From contig NC_043004.1 in assembly GCF_006345805.1 (NCBI RefSeq), positions 17,856,001 through 17,920,000 on the forward strand: a stretch of DNA of 64,000 nucleotides, in the 5' to 3' direction. Source of the DNA: Octopus sinensis. Lineage: Eukaryota. Positions 48,689 to 62,351 of this stretch are shown here, piece after piece. A model generated the notes under the pieces. That model saw nothing but the letters and a program-made list of their open reading frames with translations, made no database searches and was not told the DNA's origin. The position numbers were made by a program, and so were the translations under genes. How positions within the stretch are numbered: the first letter of the stretch is position 1; each line of letters opens with the position of its first letter.

Positions 48689-50485
48689 ATACAGAGATGA
48701 AAGACTAAACACATCAAAAAGTGAGCAAGCGATTACTAACATGAAATCTTTAGTCAAAATTGTTAGCAGCAAAGTCTGCATTAACCCGACTACTATAAAA
48801 GAAGTAACACAGAAACGAAATATATTTCATATCCTGATGGTGAGACTGTGAAAGTACAGAGACATTGATTACGGGTCTAGGAACTTTATCGTTGCAAACA
48901 AACTGTGGATGCAAAAATTACCAAAACGGAAACTCTAATCAGAAGGATAAAATGAAACTGTCATGTGTTTAATAAAACATGTATATAAAGAAAAGCAGCA
49001 ACGAGGGCATTGGGAACTAGAGTATACTTAGATACGCGCAGTCAACTTCTGCTGTTGATTATGGTCAAAAGTGATTTCCTGGAAATATCAACGATTAGCG
49101 GAATGCCAGGCAAAATTCTCACTGTATTTAGTTTCAGTCATGTATACGAATAAGTTGGTCGTCGCTGTGTGTAAGTAGCTTGCTTGGCAACCGCATGGTT
49201 CCGGATTCAATCCCACTCAGTGGCACCTTGAGCAAGTGTATTCTATTCTAGCCTTGGACCGACTAAAGCCTTATGAGTGAATTTGGTAGACGGAAACTGA
49301 AAGAAGCTCATCGTGTGTATATATATGTTTGTGTTTCTGTGTTTGCCCCCCACCTCCCGTCACCTGACAACCGATGTTGGTGTGTTTACGTTCCCGTAGC
49401 CAAGCGGTTCGGTAAAAGAGACCGATAGAATAAGTACTAGGCTTACAAAGAATGTCTTGGGGTCGATTTGTTCGACTAAAGGCTATGCCTTTTGTCAAAT
49501 GACAAACAAGCGAATGAATAAAAGAATAGAACAATGTGTGTGACGTGGCTGCATGTTAGGTTATCGCAAGAGTTTATACAGAGATGAAGACTAAACACAT
49601 CAAAAAGTGAGCAAGCGATTACTAACATGAAATCTTTAGTCAAAATTGTTAGCAGCAAAGTCTGCATTAACCCGACTACTATAAAAGAAGTAACACAGAA
49701 ACGAAATATATTTCATATCCTGATGGTGAGACTGTGAAAGTACAGAGACATTGATTACGGGTCTAGGAACTTTATCGTTGCAAACAAACTGTGGATGCAA
49801 AAATTACCAAAACGGAAACTCTAATCAGAAGGATAAAATGAAACTGTCATGTGTTTAATAAAACATGTATATAAAGAAAAGCAGCAACGAGGGCATTGGG
49901 AACTAGAGTATACTTAGATACGCGCAGTCAACTTCTGCTGTTGATTATGGTCAAAAGTGATTTCCTGGAAATATCAACGATTAGCGGAATGCCAGGCAAA
50001 ATTCTCACTGTATTTAGTTTCAGTCATGTATACGAATAAGTTGGTCGTCGCTGTGTGGTAAGTAGCTTGCTTGGCAACCGCATGGTTCCGGATTCAATCC
50101 CACTCAGTGGCACCTTGAGCAAGTGTATTCTATTCTAGCCTTGGACCGACTAAAGCCTTATGAGTGAATTTGGTAGACGGAAACTGAAAGAAGCTCATCG
50201 TGTGTATATATATATGTTTGTGTTTCTGTGTTTGCCCCCCACCTCCCGTCACCTGACAACCGATGTTGGTGTGTTTACGTTCCCGTAGCCAAGCGGTTCG
50301 GTAAAAGAGACCGATAGAATAAGTACTAGGCTTACAAAGAATGTCTTGGGGTCGATTTGTTCGACTAAAGGCTATGCCTTTTGTCAAATGACAAACAAGC
50401 GAATGAATAAAAGAATAGAACAATGTGTGTGACGTGGCTGCATGTTAGGTTATCGCAAGAGTTTATACAGAGATGAAAGACTAAA
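48689..50485 (+). repeat. Near-identical tandem duplication, units 48689-49575 and 49576-50464, each containing a SINE-A copy
   Basis: The differences noticed are 1-2 nt indels in homopolymer/dinucleotide runs. The 21-mer atacagagatgaaagactaaa occurs at 48689, 49576 (one A missing) and 50465. Confidence 0.95.
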
Positions 50486-51559
50486 TACAAGATCTATATT
50501 TTTACTACATAGAAATATATTTAATTCTTCATTCGATGAAAATACATAGAATCAAATTGTAGAAGCGAGTTGAACGGAATAATCTTATGCAAGAAAGTGC
50601 AGAGATAGGAAGTGTAGAACAACACCGAAGTGATGGCTCTCAGTCATATTGGTTAAGAAACATAGAGAATTAGACGGACATAGCAACGATGTGAATGGCT
50701 CTAAGTCTAATCGACTAAGAAACGGAAAACTGGGTTAGCAAACTGTTTTTCCTAAGGGAACGTTAGACATTAGAGAAACTTCCAAAAGAAACGCCAAGCT
50801 TCTTGAATAATTAAGAATTAAGTTTCGTGGTATCGAGGTTTCGAGAAATTTAGAAAAGGAGGTTACTCCATGATCTTTCTTGCAAGGGAGATCATTCAAC
50901 TATCTGCACCGCTACAGGTTAAACGATTGTATGGTCAATACAATGTACCACCACTCATGCACTGGAGTCTACTTGGTTGTTTTATACGATTGAGCTAATC
51001 TAAATAGAAAATCTAAGATTAAAATAGATCGATAAATGCATGGTGAACAGCGAGAATTAAAACGAAAGTCTGCATATATATTTTTAATATGTAACGGCGG
51101 ATTCCAACGTGGATATATTAATCGCTGTTGTTTCATCCTAAGAGAAAATATTCTTTCAGGCGAATGTGTGTTCATAATAAACTCAATTCATTATCATAAA
51201 TGAACACCCGGTGTTTTGACATCATTGTGTCTCATCAGCCAAAGATACCCTAGCTAACAAATGATCGTAGAAAAGTTGTTCTCCGATGCCGAAACACAAC
51301 AGCGATTAGTATAGTCACGTTCGAATCTGCCGGGGCGTATTAAGAATAGATATTTTTAAATTCTTCAGGAAATCGGTCGGATTAACTGAATCGGTAGTAT
51401 GGTACAGCTGTCCGTCACTTACGAGTAAGACTTAGTAACATGTACTATAACAAATTTAGTTGTCGTGAGCCAGCAGACACCTTTTCAGCCGTCTCCTCTT
51501 TAAACCAGTAGAACATCCAAAATGTAACAATTAGAGAGAAAAAAACTGCACCAGCTTCC

Positions 51560-51712
51560 GGTTTGTACTCATTACACCTGGCTTGATTGAAGCAACGTGG
51601 AATGAAGTGCCTTGCTCAAGGATGCGTGATACTACTCAATCCAGGAATTCAATCCACGACTTTATGATCATGATCAGAACACCTTAACCACTAGGTCACT
51701 CACTTTCACAAT
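51560..51712 (-). mobile_element. tRNA-head/CORE-like SINE fragment (family D)
   Basis: Reverse complement reads gacctagtggttaaggtgttctg..gattgaattcctgg..ccttgagcaaggcacttcattccacgttgcttcaatc. Confidence 0.55.
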
Positions 51713-52347
51713 AGAGTCGGTAGAGCAGCAAGCTATGTTCCCTTATATTCTGGGTTCAAAATTCAATATTGCCAATTTTGTCGTTTATCTTTTCAGGGAC
51801 ATCAACATACATAAAGAAGTTGTGCAGATTTAATTAATTCCTGCAACGTTAAAAAGGGGAATTGTCGCCTTAATTCTATAAGAGAAATATTTGTTGTTTT
51901 TTTATTTTGTTTTAGATGGAATGCAAATGGATAAAAAAAAATGTGTCAGTGAGTATAAGTAACAATGTGTGTGTCAGTACTTGGGTATCAGTATGTATGT
52001 GTACAAATGTGTACGTGTGCCAGTATATGTCTGTACGTCAATGTGTGGTGGTGGTGGCGGTGGTAAAAAAATTGACTCAAAATTGGAGACACAATTGCCA
52101 TAGAATAGATTGGGGGCATGTAGACTCAAGAGAAAAGGAAATTGAGATTAAAACAGACGTCTTTGGAAGCGATTGACATGAGCATCCCATCCAATCGCTT
52201 CCTAACACATTATTATTTTATGACTCTTTTCTACTTTCTCCGTAACTTTATCTTCTAGTCTAATTTCCACTTTCCCAATATGCTTCTGATAGGCTTTATT
52301 GCCAAGCGGACTCCTTTAATACATCTTTTTTGCATATCCTACATATT

Positions 52348-52543
52348 TACTCTTTTACTTGTTTCAGTCATTTGACTGCGGCCATGCTGGAGCACCGCCT
52401 TTAGTCGAGCAAATCGACCCTGGGACTTATTCTTTGTAAGCCCAGTACTTATTCTATCGGTCTTTTTTGCCGAACCGCTTAGTTACGGGGACGTAAACAC
52501 ACCAGCATCGGTTGTCAAGCAATGCTAGGGAGACAGACAGACA

Positions 52544-52608
<65 letters not shown>

Positions 52609-52772
52609 CATATATACGACAGGCTTCTTTCAGTTTCCGTCTACCAAATCCACTCACAAGGCATTGGTCAGCCTGGGGCTATAGCAAAAGACATTTGCCC
52701 AAGATGCCACGCAGTGGGACTGAACCCGCAACTATGTGGTTGGTTAGCAAGCTACTTACCACACATCCACTC
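52348..52772 (-). mobile_element. SINE family A, full length
   Basis: Reverse complement of head, body and tail. Confidence 0.92.
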
Positions 52773-53149
52773 TTTGTTTTGATTGAGTGTATATCTTATC
52801 AGAATATGTTCGGTTTTCTTTTGATTTCATGTATGGTTTATGATTTTATATACTGTTATCAGTATGTACTGTTATCAGTACATCCTTATTACTTTATGAC
52901 TGTAGGTGTATAATCTCTCTCAGTTTCTTATGAGAACTTCAGAATGCAGCAACTACGCAGATATTTATTGTTATAAGTCCCAAAGCGAGGTACTTGTTTA
53001 AAATCTCAACTGGAGAGTGTAGGCTGCACCTGTAATGCAAGACAATTGATTGCACAGTATCTCACCGATTATGAGTTGCAGGTGGAGAATGAGTCTAAGC
53101 AATTATAGTGGTTTTGAATAAAGAAGCTTGTGAATTCCACTTTTCTCTT

Positions 53150-53221
<72 letters not shown>

Positions 53222-53324
53222 GAACACATTTATATATACATACATATAAAAATAAATATATATATATATATGTACATTGTGTATATATATATATAATCAA
53301 GATATATACGTTTAAACGTGTGTA

Positions 53325-53366
<42 letters not shown>

Positions 53367-53416
53367 CACATTTATATATACATACATATAAAAATAAATA
53401 TATATATACATTGTGT

Positions 53417-53452
<36 letters not shown>

Positions 53453-53484
53453 TTTATTTTAAGCAGCAGAAAATTCAACAAAAT

Positions 53485-53522
53485 CTGTTACTCTGAGTTT
53501 CTCGTTGCCGTTCATCAGACAG
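53485..53522 (-). ncRNA. Mirror hammerhead motif (P1)
   Basis: CUGU-CUGAUGA-ACG GCAA CGA-GAAA-CUCAGAG-UA^ACAG on the minus strand. Confidence 0.68.
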
Positions 53523-53622
53523 TGTTTGCTAGAATGGAACTTATATATTAATTCAATCTATACTCTATAATCTATAATCTATAGAGTATAGATTGAATTA
53601 ATATATAAGTTCCATTCTAGCA

Positions 53623-53669
53623 AAAACTGTCTGATGAACGGCAACGAGAAACTCAGAGTAACAGATTTT
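53623..53669 (+). ncRNA. Minimal type-I hammerhead ribozyme motif (P1)
   Basis: AAAACUGU-CUGAUGA-ACG GCAA CGA-GAAA-CUCAGAG-UA^ACAG(A)UUUU; stem I is 8 bp with one bulge. Confidence 0.72.
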
Positions 53670-54189
53670 GTTGAATTTTCTGCTCCTTAAAATAAAGCAT
53701 ATTACTCTACCACTGGTATTTGAGTACTCTTTTTTCCACCTTGTTTCACATTTATGTGTTTACTCCGGTATATATATATATATATATTATATATATATAT
53801 ATATATAATATATATATATATATAATATATATATATATAATCAAAGATATATACGTTTAAACGTGTGTATATATGTGTGTATATATATATATACGGACAC
53901 ATCTATATATACATACATATAGAAGTAAATATGTATAAATATATACATGCGTGTATATAAATATAATCATAGATATATATACGTTTAAACGTGTGTGTAT
54001 ATATATATATTCAGCGTAAATGAAATTCGTAAATAGTTAATCTTTACAAGAAAAGGAAAATACATTGGCAATATGCAGCTGCTTCATAAACCGATAATGT
54101 ATACGCTCCCCTATGGCAGCCAATGTTAAATGGAATCGTTTTAGCCACAAGTACAGACATTCCGAAATGTAGATTCTGTTATTCAATAA

Positions 54190-54415
54190 ATATAATAGTA
54201 ACAATGGTTTAAAATTTTGGCGCAATGCCAGCAAGCTCGGGGGAGGGGGTAAACCGATTACATCGACCCCAGTGCTCAACTGATACTTATTTCATCGACC
54301 CCGAAAGTATGAAAGAGCAAAGTCAACCTCGGCGGAATTTTAACTCAGAACGTAAAGACGGACGCTAAGCAATTTGTCCGGTGTGGTAAAGATTCTTCCA
54401 GTTCGCTGCCTTAAA
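54190..54415 (-). mobile_element. SINE family B copy
   Basis: ccgattacatcgaccccagtgctcaactg..gtcaacctcggcggaattttaactcagaacgtaaagacgg. Confidence 0.85.
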
Positions 54416-55145
54416 TATGATAATAATAATAATGATAATAATGGTGTAGAAACAAGGCTGAAGATTCAGGGAAAGAAGTTTGATAAAATACATCCAGCCT
54501 CGCACATTTTTATAATTTGAAGATGCTGCTAAATATCCTACTGAGTTTCTACAGTCTCTTCAGCACTAGCATTTCTGCTGTGACTCCTAACAATCTACAT
54601 CTGAAAGCTAGAACACTCGTTGTGTTACTTCGAAATTTAGATACACCAATATTCTGAAACGGTACAAGACTTACTATCGAAACTATTATGTCCCTCGCGA
54701 TAGAAGCCAGCCATTTGACTCTGTGCAAGGAGAGATATTTTCATTCTGTACTTGTCCCTCAAGCCATCGTGCATAATTCTTAAACTCTTTGCCCTGCAGT
54801 AACAGTCTTTCTATAACTGTAAACAAGTCTCATGCACAATACTTGGTGTTGTTGGATTTTAACTAACAAGTCCATATTTCTCTCATCATCAATTCTATGC
54901 TGTATGCTCATGAGTAGAATAAACAAACATTTTTACTGCAGAACAAGGAATGTTTGTTCATCTTTGAGCCCTTGCCGAAAAACACACATTCGCGTTAATG
55001 CTGCTTCGGTTTTATGTTAGCATATTCATATACAATTATGAAGGAATATATAAGGTAAAATATAAAACCATTTTCGGCGACGAAAGAAGGCATATATAAT
55101 CGATGCACAGTATTGGTTAGAGGTATCGTTATCTGAGCTAATGTA

Positions 55146-55545
55146 TTGGGTTGGCAGCTAAGTTCCCGCCGTTGTATTAAATAATTTTTTTTAAAGGTTT
55201 AATAAAAAAAAAACTAATTAATCAATAATGTATTCACCCTTGTTGTTTACAACTTCTTCCCAACGCTCAGCAAGAATTTCAAAACCTCGTTGGTAGGAAT
55301 CACCCGATTTCGACTCAAAAGATTGATCCAACCAAACTCTCAATTCTGCATCAGTATTGAACGAAACTCCGCGCATAGCATTTGAAAGAGGTGGAAATCC
55401 GTTGGTGCCAAATCAAGAGTGTACGGCGGGTGTGGAGCACTTCCCAGCCATGCGTTTGAATGGCTTTCTTGACCATATTGGCGATAAGAGGGCGGGCGTT
55501 GTCGTGAAATTGTTCACGTAATTTCAACTTGTTCACATTCATACA
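55146..55545 (-). mobile_element. Mariner 3' fragment, same family as 41154-42341
   Basis: TIR TA-ttgggttggcagctaagttcccgccg; FHDNARPLIANMVKKAIQTHGWEVLH..; high similarity to 41154-41480. Confidence 0.92.
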
Positions 55546-56129
55546 TATTAGTCATTTACTAAACTGACTTATGTATATAAACCATAATGCATTTTACTGT
55601 TTTCACTGAACAACAAACCTCAGAAACAGCTGTAACGGATTATTCGCATTATTCACGGTCTTGAAGAGTTTAAGTAGTAATTCCTAGGACGTTTACCTAC
55701 CTGTCTAGGTCAAGCCAATAAAAATGGCTAAAGGAATTTTCCTCAATCCTTTCGATAACATTACAGTATGAACTTTCGAGATTAATGCCTTTCTAGAGGA
55801 ATAACTATGAACTTTCACTATCCTGAATCTCCAGTTTTTCTGCTAAGTCTATACATTTTTATTCTCATTTCTATAACTCTGTTATAAACGATTCGATGGC
55901 TTTTAACTACCTGCCCATCTTTATCACAAAATTTCACTCACCAGCTACAAAATTTCTATACTTCTTTGGCGATTTCTGTTTTAATCATCATTGTATACAA
56001 CCATACAATTAATTTTGTCACATAAGTATAAATTAATTCACTTAGGTGTTTATAGGAAATTTTTAATATCCTAAAAATAAAGTACGGCAGGAATGATATA
56101 AAACGAAATAAGCATAGTAGATTGTCTTT

Positions 56130-56575
56130 TACTTCTTTCAAACATTGCACTGCGGCTATGCTGGTGCACCGCCTTCAAGGATTCACTTTATCGCTTTACT
56201 TAGGTTTCTTCTAAAATCTGGAATATATTTTATCAGTTTCTATTTTTCCGAATTGCTACGTTACGGAAACGAAAAAAAACCCCAGCACTAGTTGTTTCGC
56301 GAGGACGGGAGAAAAACATATAAGCACAAACACACATACTTGTATGTGTGTATATATGTGTGTGTGTTTGTGTACAGTGTGTATACATCTGCACGCACGC
56401 ACATACACACGTTTGTGTGTATATATATATATTCGGCAGGTTTAGTTTCCGTGAATCAATTTCACACAAAGCGTTGGTCGGTCCGGGACTATAGTAGATG
56501 ACCCACCCCGCGTCGCAGGAATCGCCTATTGTGACTGAACTCGGAACCATTTGGTTGCAAAACAAGCTTTTTGAC
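56130..56575 (-). mobile_element. Diverged SINE family A
   Basis: Tail ctgcggctatgctggtgcaccgcc; head gactgaactcggaaccatttggttgcaaaacaagc. Confidence 0.7.
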
Positions 56576-57049
56576 AACAGTGATTTCATTCTAGTTTAGA
56601 TAAAAGTAAAGTTAGTAAAGAACAGTCAGCAACTTAGAATGCAATTCCAAGAAGCCTTGTTTCCTTGGTGTAATATTTGTATTTTTAGCGCAAACACCAC
56701 AAGCGGTGTACTTTTATACTCACATGTTTTTTTAACTAATGGCAAGGTTGTTCTTATCATAAACCTTTGCTGTAAAGCGGCCTTTTGCCCCAACTGTATG
56801 TCTTTGATGGCGGTCATCGCTCTGACCGATTAGAATGGTTCTATCTGGCACTGTACGACCTGTAGTCATACGGTGTTATTATCCTCAAAAGGTTGGATCG
56901 TTATAACGTCCACGCAGTATCACTGTATAATTACTACATCAACACAGACACAACTATCAACACAGTTTACACATACTCTCAACCTTTCTTTGACTGGCTA
57001 CTGCTTTATTTATAATGGCTGAATACTACCACTTTTAACTGGGAGGAGT

Positions 57050-58400
57050 GTACAGTTTCTCTATATAACAGCTTTTCAAACTGAAGCTAAATTTCATTTT
57101 ATATTAAACCTGCATTGCATTACCGAATCAATATAAGTTAGTGAATTCCAGTTTTGCATACAATTTTACTAAACTCGAAAATCCTTGTTCAGACTGGAAA
57201 AATGCTGTCATCATTGCTAGTGAGGGAATGACCTTCCTGTCAATACATTTGCACTCAGAGAAAGTAAGGAACCCAATCCGATAGTTTCCATAGCAACAGT
57301 ACATCTTAGAATATTTATTTGTGAAGTCATAACGAAGATATCTTATCACTTCTGACATTTTCCTAAAGTCTTCACGCTTGATGTGATTTATGACAAATAC
57401 ATTTAACTATCCACGTTTGATTTTTCCAAGTCCTGCCTATACTTCTGAGGAAAGTACGTCGCAAAATCTCTAGACACCACCAACAGATGATCACAAATGA
57501 TATACAAATCAAGCTGGATATATTTTTTCCTTTTACATTCGTACTTTCTAAGGAAGCTCTCAAAATGTTGGAATTTGTAGAACATTGTTTTTACAAACGT
57601 TTTATGCCACCGCTTTGTAGTCTTAATGTCCATGCTTCTTGTTCTCTTAAATGCATCGAAGATATCATCTCTTTTGCCTTCATAGAATAAGTTAATCTTC
57701 GATTCAAATGTTAAGAAACAGATGCCTTATAACACAATTGGATCAATCAAACATTGAAATGCCTCATGTTCACGTCACCTTGCTCAGTAAAGACAATAAA
57801 TCTATTTGGAGATTTCTGTCTCTTTCAAAAGCGCTTCGACATGACAGCCATTAAATTGCAAAATAATGTACTTGAAAACAGCCGAATTTTTATCTATCTA
57901 TCTATTTATTTATTAATAACAGTTTTCATTACATCTTGCAACAATTCTTCAAGTTCACTTCTCAGTTCGTGCCAGTTCTGGGATATTTCTTTGATGCTAG
58001 CGGTGGTTTCTTTATGCTACTCCCTACTGGTTGCAACGCTGTAATGCAACCACAGCAAGATGTTTCCACTCAAATTTTCACTCACCGCGAATCCGTCAAG
58101 TTTTGGAGCAAATAAATTCCCATCTAAGGTGATCGCCCGACTGGTTAGCAAAAGAGACAACACTAGAAAATTTGTTCCGAAGTTTTGATCCAGGAAACAG
58201 CATTATATATGATTAAAGCGTCAATCTTTACGTTAGTGATTTCACCCTATTTCAGAGCGAAATGTTACTTCCAACAGTTTCGCTTCAGATCATCAGCATA
58301 GACCAAAATTTCATTGTATCTTTGGACGAAGGAATTTTCGCAATCTTATCCTTTACTTCCATTCTGTAAGACCCGAGGAATGATTTTCGAATATGATTTC
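57050..58400 (-). mobile_element. Very old CR1/L2-like LINE remnant
   Basis: Minus: ILVYADDLK at ~58280-58305, then YFPQKYRQDLEK(IKR) (~W.P...D...LE.VQR) and FF....V..WNSL-like at the 3' end; heavily interrupted. Confidence 0.45.
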
Positions 58401-58409
58401 TTTTATCTT

Positions 58410-59020
58410 GTACTTTTAAGTATTTCAGTTACTGGAGTGTGGCCATGCAGGGGCACCACCTTGAAAGGTTTAGCCGAATAAATTAATCCCGGTGATTATT
58501 TTTTTTGTTAAGTCGGGTAATCCTTTTATCGATCTGTCTGCTGAACTGCTAGGCTACGGGGGCGTAAATTAACCAACACCGGCTGTTAAGTGGTGGACAA
58601 ACACAAAAATCCCCCCAAACATATATGTTTGTGTGTGTATATATATATGTGTGTGTGTGTGTGTGTTATGCTCTGTGTAGATGCATGTGTGTGTGTGTTA
58701 TGCTCTATGTAGATGTATTTGTGTGTGTGTGTGTGTGTGTGTTATGCTCTATGTAGATGTATTTGTGTGTGCGTGCGTGTTTGTGTACACGTATCTATAT
58801 ATGTATGTATTATGTTTATCTTTCTGAATGCATAAAGGTATGTGCGCGTGTGTGTAAGGCGGGCTTCAAACACAGTTTCTGTTTGCCAAACTCTCTCAAT
58901 GCATTGGCCAGTCCGGATCTATAGCAGAAGATAGTTACCTACGGTAACGCGCAGTGGTACTGAATCCAAAGCCATGTGGTTACGAAGTGAGGTTCCTAAC
59001 CACGCAGCGAAACCTGCATC
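58410..59020 (-). mobile_element. Diverged SINE family A with expanded internal (GT)n minisatellite
   Basis: Tail gtggccatgcaggggcaccacc; head acgcgcagtggtactgaatccaaagccatgtggtt; internal gtgtgttatgctctatgtagatg x3. Confidence 0.7.
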
Positions 59021-59854
59021 TATTGACAACTTTCCAGCCATTGTTTGTTTGTTTGTGTTTTTTTTTCCGTTACCATCGACAAATGAAAGAAATTGTACTG
59101 TCACTGTTTCCAGAAATACTAATTTTTAATGATTTGATGGTTTGGTCTTCAATACATCTGTAATTTTATGATTTCAACGGCAACAAGCACTAATTACTGA
59201 ATTTTACATAGCAAAACATATATTGAAATAAGCGATGAAGTTCTTTTTAGTACGTTTTGGGAACAGAAAAAGGCATCACGTTTTCGATCTCTTCTTTGGT
59301 CCAATTTTCTATTGAGTTTTCCTGAGAGGGCCTTCTAGTTCTTGAGTTTCGTTTTGAGATAAAGTTATTTTTTGTATCATTGAGTCATCATGAATTTATC
59401 AAATATTAATATCAGCGTTTTAATCGTGACCACCTCTTTTATTTCGTAGAGTTAGATCTTTTTTCCCCCCCGAATTTTCTAGCTGTAAGAATGAGTAAAA
59501 ACGGAAGCATTCCAACTGTGACAGTTCCGTCTTTTTATGATATCAGAGATTTTTCTTTTCAACTTTTCAAATGTGATCTTCCCGCCCCTATCTTTTTATG
59601 GATTTAGTAGAGATATTTTTACATGAGGAAGAAGAAAAGCATGCCAGTCGTGATCATCCGGATATTTATCAAATTCAAATTTCCACCCAAAGAAACAAGA
59701 CTAAATTAACTAAAGAAAAGATCAGTTCGAATCAAAATTATAAATTATAAATTTCAACTTATGAAGAAACATATCGAAGCTGGTCAATTTGATTTTATAC
59801 TAACCGCCCATCTGGCAATATCCGAGTACCCAGTAGTTCTTTATCAAAGGTGCT

Positions 59855-59926
<72 letters not shown>

Positions 59927-60165
59927 GGAACAAGTCTAGTGTAGAGGATGCGTCTGGCGATGAGGTGAAGTTGTTTACGTAATTTATACTTGTGCAAATT
60001 CATACATAGCAAAACCGTTGTACCACGCTTTGGAAATGTTTGATACCTTGGCATCTGAAACAACTAGAGATGAGATAATTTGACCAAAAGAACAGAAAAA
60101 TAAATAAATATTGCAAAAATCGCATTTGGTCAATTTGGATATAGGACAGTTTAACATAATAGCAA

Positions 60166-60221
<56 letters not shown>

Positions 60222-60857
60222 CAGGACAAACGGTAATGATGTGTTTGCGTTCCCGAATGTAGCGGTTCGATAAAAGAGACCACCAGAATAAGTACCAGCC
60301 TTTAGAAAAAAGTACTGGGGTTGATTCATTCTTCAAAGCAGTGCTCCAGAATGACCGCAGTCTAATGACAGGTACAAGTTAACAATAAAGGATATGCAGT
60401 ATTTACTCGTGAACGAGTCACACACATGTATAAGTATCACTTGTGTATAAGCTGCACTCGTGTATATGTCTTATCCCCTAATTTAGTGTTAAATGATTTT
60501 TTAAAAATATTTATCCCTTCGGAGTTTTAGTTTTGTTCCGAGTATAAATCGCACGCCAGTTTTTTTTTCTCTGTTTAGATCAATTGTAAAATAGTAAATA
60601 GCAAATAAAATCGAGTGGTCATGGCTGGAATGCTTTTGATCATAGATCTACTCATTCATGGCTGACCTGAGACCTAAACAACAACAACATTAGCAACAGC
60701 AAAAATAACGGATTCTAGAAAAGAGAAGAGCTAATTTTAGACCGATGTAGACTTTTAGCAATCTTCGGAATGATTGATGGAAAATTATATGCCCTCGACA
60801 AGCATTTTAGAAAATTAGGTATTAGGCGATGAGTTACTGACAATTTCATACCATTAA

Positions 60858-60905
<48 letters not shown>

Positions 60906-61309
60906 TCAAACATGAAACGTTGGTAAGGCAACACTTGTGTATATAAAGGATAAAATGGGAGAGAAAGATAAAAGAAGGAAGAAGTTACAGAAAGTAAAGA
61001 AAGATTTGATTGACTGATTGATTCATAATATAAGATAGCTAGACAGGTAGGCTGGTAGGCATGTTGGTAGATAGGTAGGTAGAGTTCACCGCTGACAAGA
61101 GATGTATTTTCAAAGATATCATGACAAAAGGAATCCAATTTATTTATGGATGAAAGTGAATTTGATCTCGGTAGCTAAATACTTTAAACACAACCAAATA
61201 GAAACCGACTTGCAATAACAACATACGAGAAGGATGAAATTGATTGTATCCTGAAAGGGAATATTCTATAAGTGTGTAGGTGTGTGTGTGGGGGGCCTCT
61301 CTCTCTCTG

Positions 61310-61341
<32 letters not shown>

Positions 61342-61552
61342 ATTATATGTATAATTTATAGTATATATATAATTATATGTATATGATATTCCTCACACAT
61401 GCTTATATACATGTGTGAGTTTATATGTAACATTATGTATGTATGTACGTATGAATGTATGTATTGAAGTAGTCGACTATTTTGTAATAATTTTCGCTTG
61501 TGATTTTCCTGAAAGTTGCTTGAAGATATGTTAAAAAGAAGTTAAAAGAGAA

Positions 61553-61590
<38 letters not shown>

Positions 61591-61957
61591 CACCAAGTAA
61601 GTTAGGGGTTACGGATCCAACCCACAAAGGGGTAATATTTATCCAATATACTGTTGGTATAATACCAAAATTCTTAATACACAGATGTTTTTAATTGCAA
61701 TGCAATTAACCTATTTATTGTATTAAACGGGTGAAGGTAAAGAAATATTTTACTATTAATTTATAATACAAATAAGAAAACGGAGAAACAATTTAGTTGG
61801 TTCATCAGCTTTTGGATTTTAGAATGTTGAATTATTTATTCATTTAACAAAAATGAGAACCTTAATAGCATAAATATATACATTATAATTCAATACATAT
61901 AAGATAAGAATACAATTATACAAATCATAATATAAATTATTGAAATCATTAAAATCA

Positions 61958-62084
61958 CTCCTTACAGCTGTTTTAGCCTATGGATAAAAGTAGTTCTTTC
62001 CAGTGCCTATAGTTGTCAATTATATTGAGGTTGTAGGCCTTTAAAAATAGGGTACTTATATATAACCATAGGCCTCATCAGAGA
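61958..62084 (-). ncRNA. Hammerhead remnant with long stem II loop, core damaged at 11.1/12
   Basis: UCU-CUGAUGA-GGCCUAUGG-[82 nt]-CCAUAGGCU-AAAA-CAGCUG-UA^AGG; the expected CG(AAA) reads UA(AAA). Confidence 0.55.
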
Positions 62085-62278
62085 TTATAAAGAACTTTAA
62101 AAATATTAGCACATGAAACAGGATACACGTATAATTTAATATATATATAAATATGAACAAATATCCATATAGACTTATATACAAGTCTATATGGATATTT
62201 GTTCATAAGAAAGGAACAGATAATCTGAAGAATCGTCTGAGGCCAATTCTTTGAGTGCGTGTGTGCGCATACGCATAC

Positions 62279-62318
<40 letters not shown>

Positions 62319-62351
62319 GCAGATGAGTGGCTGTGTATACATATATATATA

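Larger units (their letters stand above)
53451..53768. mobile_element. Fold-back element family P1 (longer copy) in (TA)n
   Basis: ~118-bp inverted arms at 53451-53568 and 53580-53697, plus a 70-bp unique tail ending tttactccgg; matches 16469-16685. Confidence 0.8.

Noticed and set aside
55606-55634. CTGAACA..GAAACAGCTGTA as a functional ribozyme
   Set aside because: G8 is lost and stems I and II are unpaired; counted only as a probable fossil in the survey finding.
58270-58300. CTGATGA...GAAAC on the minus strand as a hammerhead
   Set aside because: Stem II and stem I do not pair; the sequence is better explained as the YADD codons of a decayed RT.
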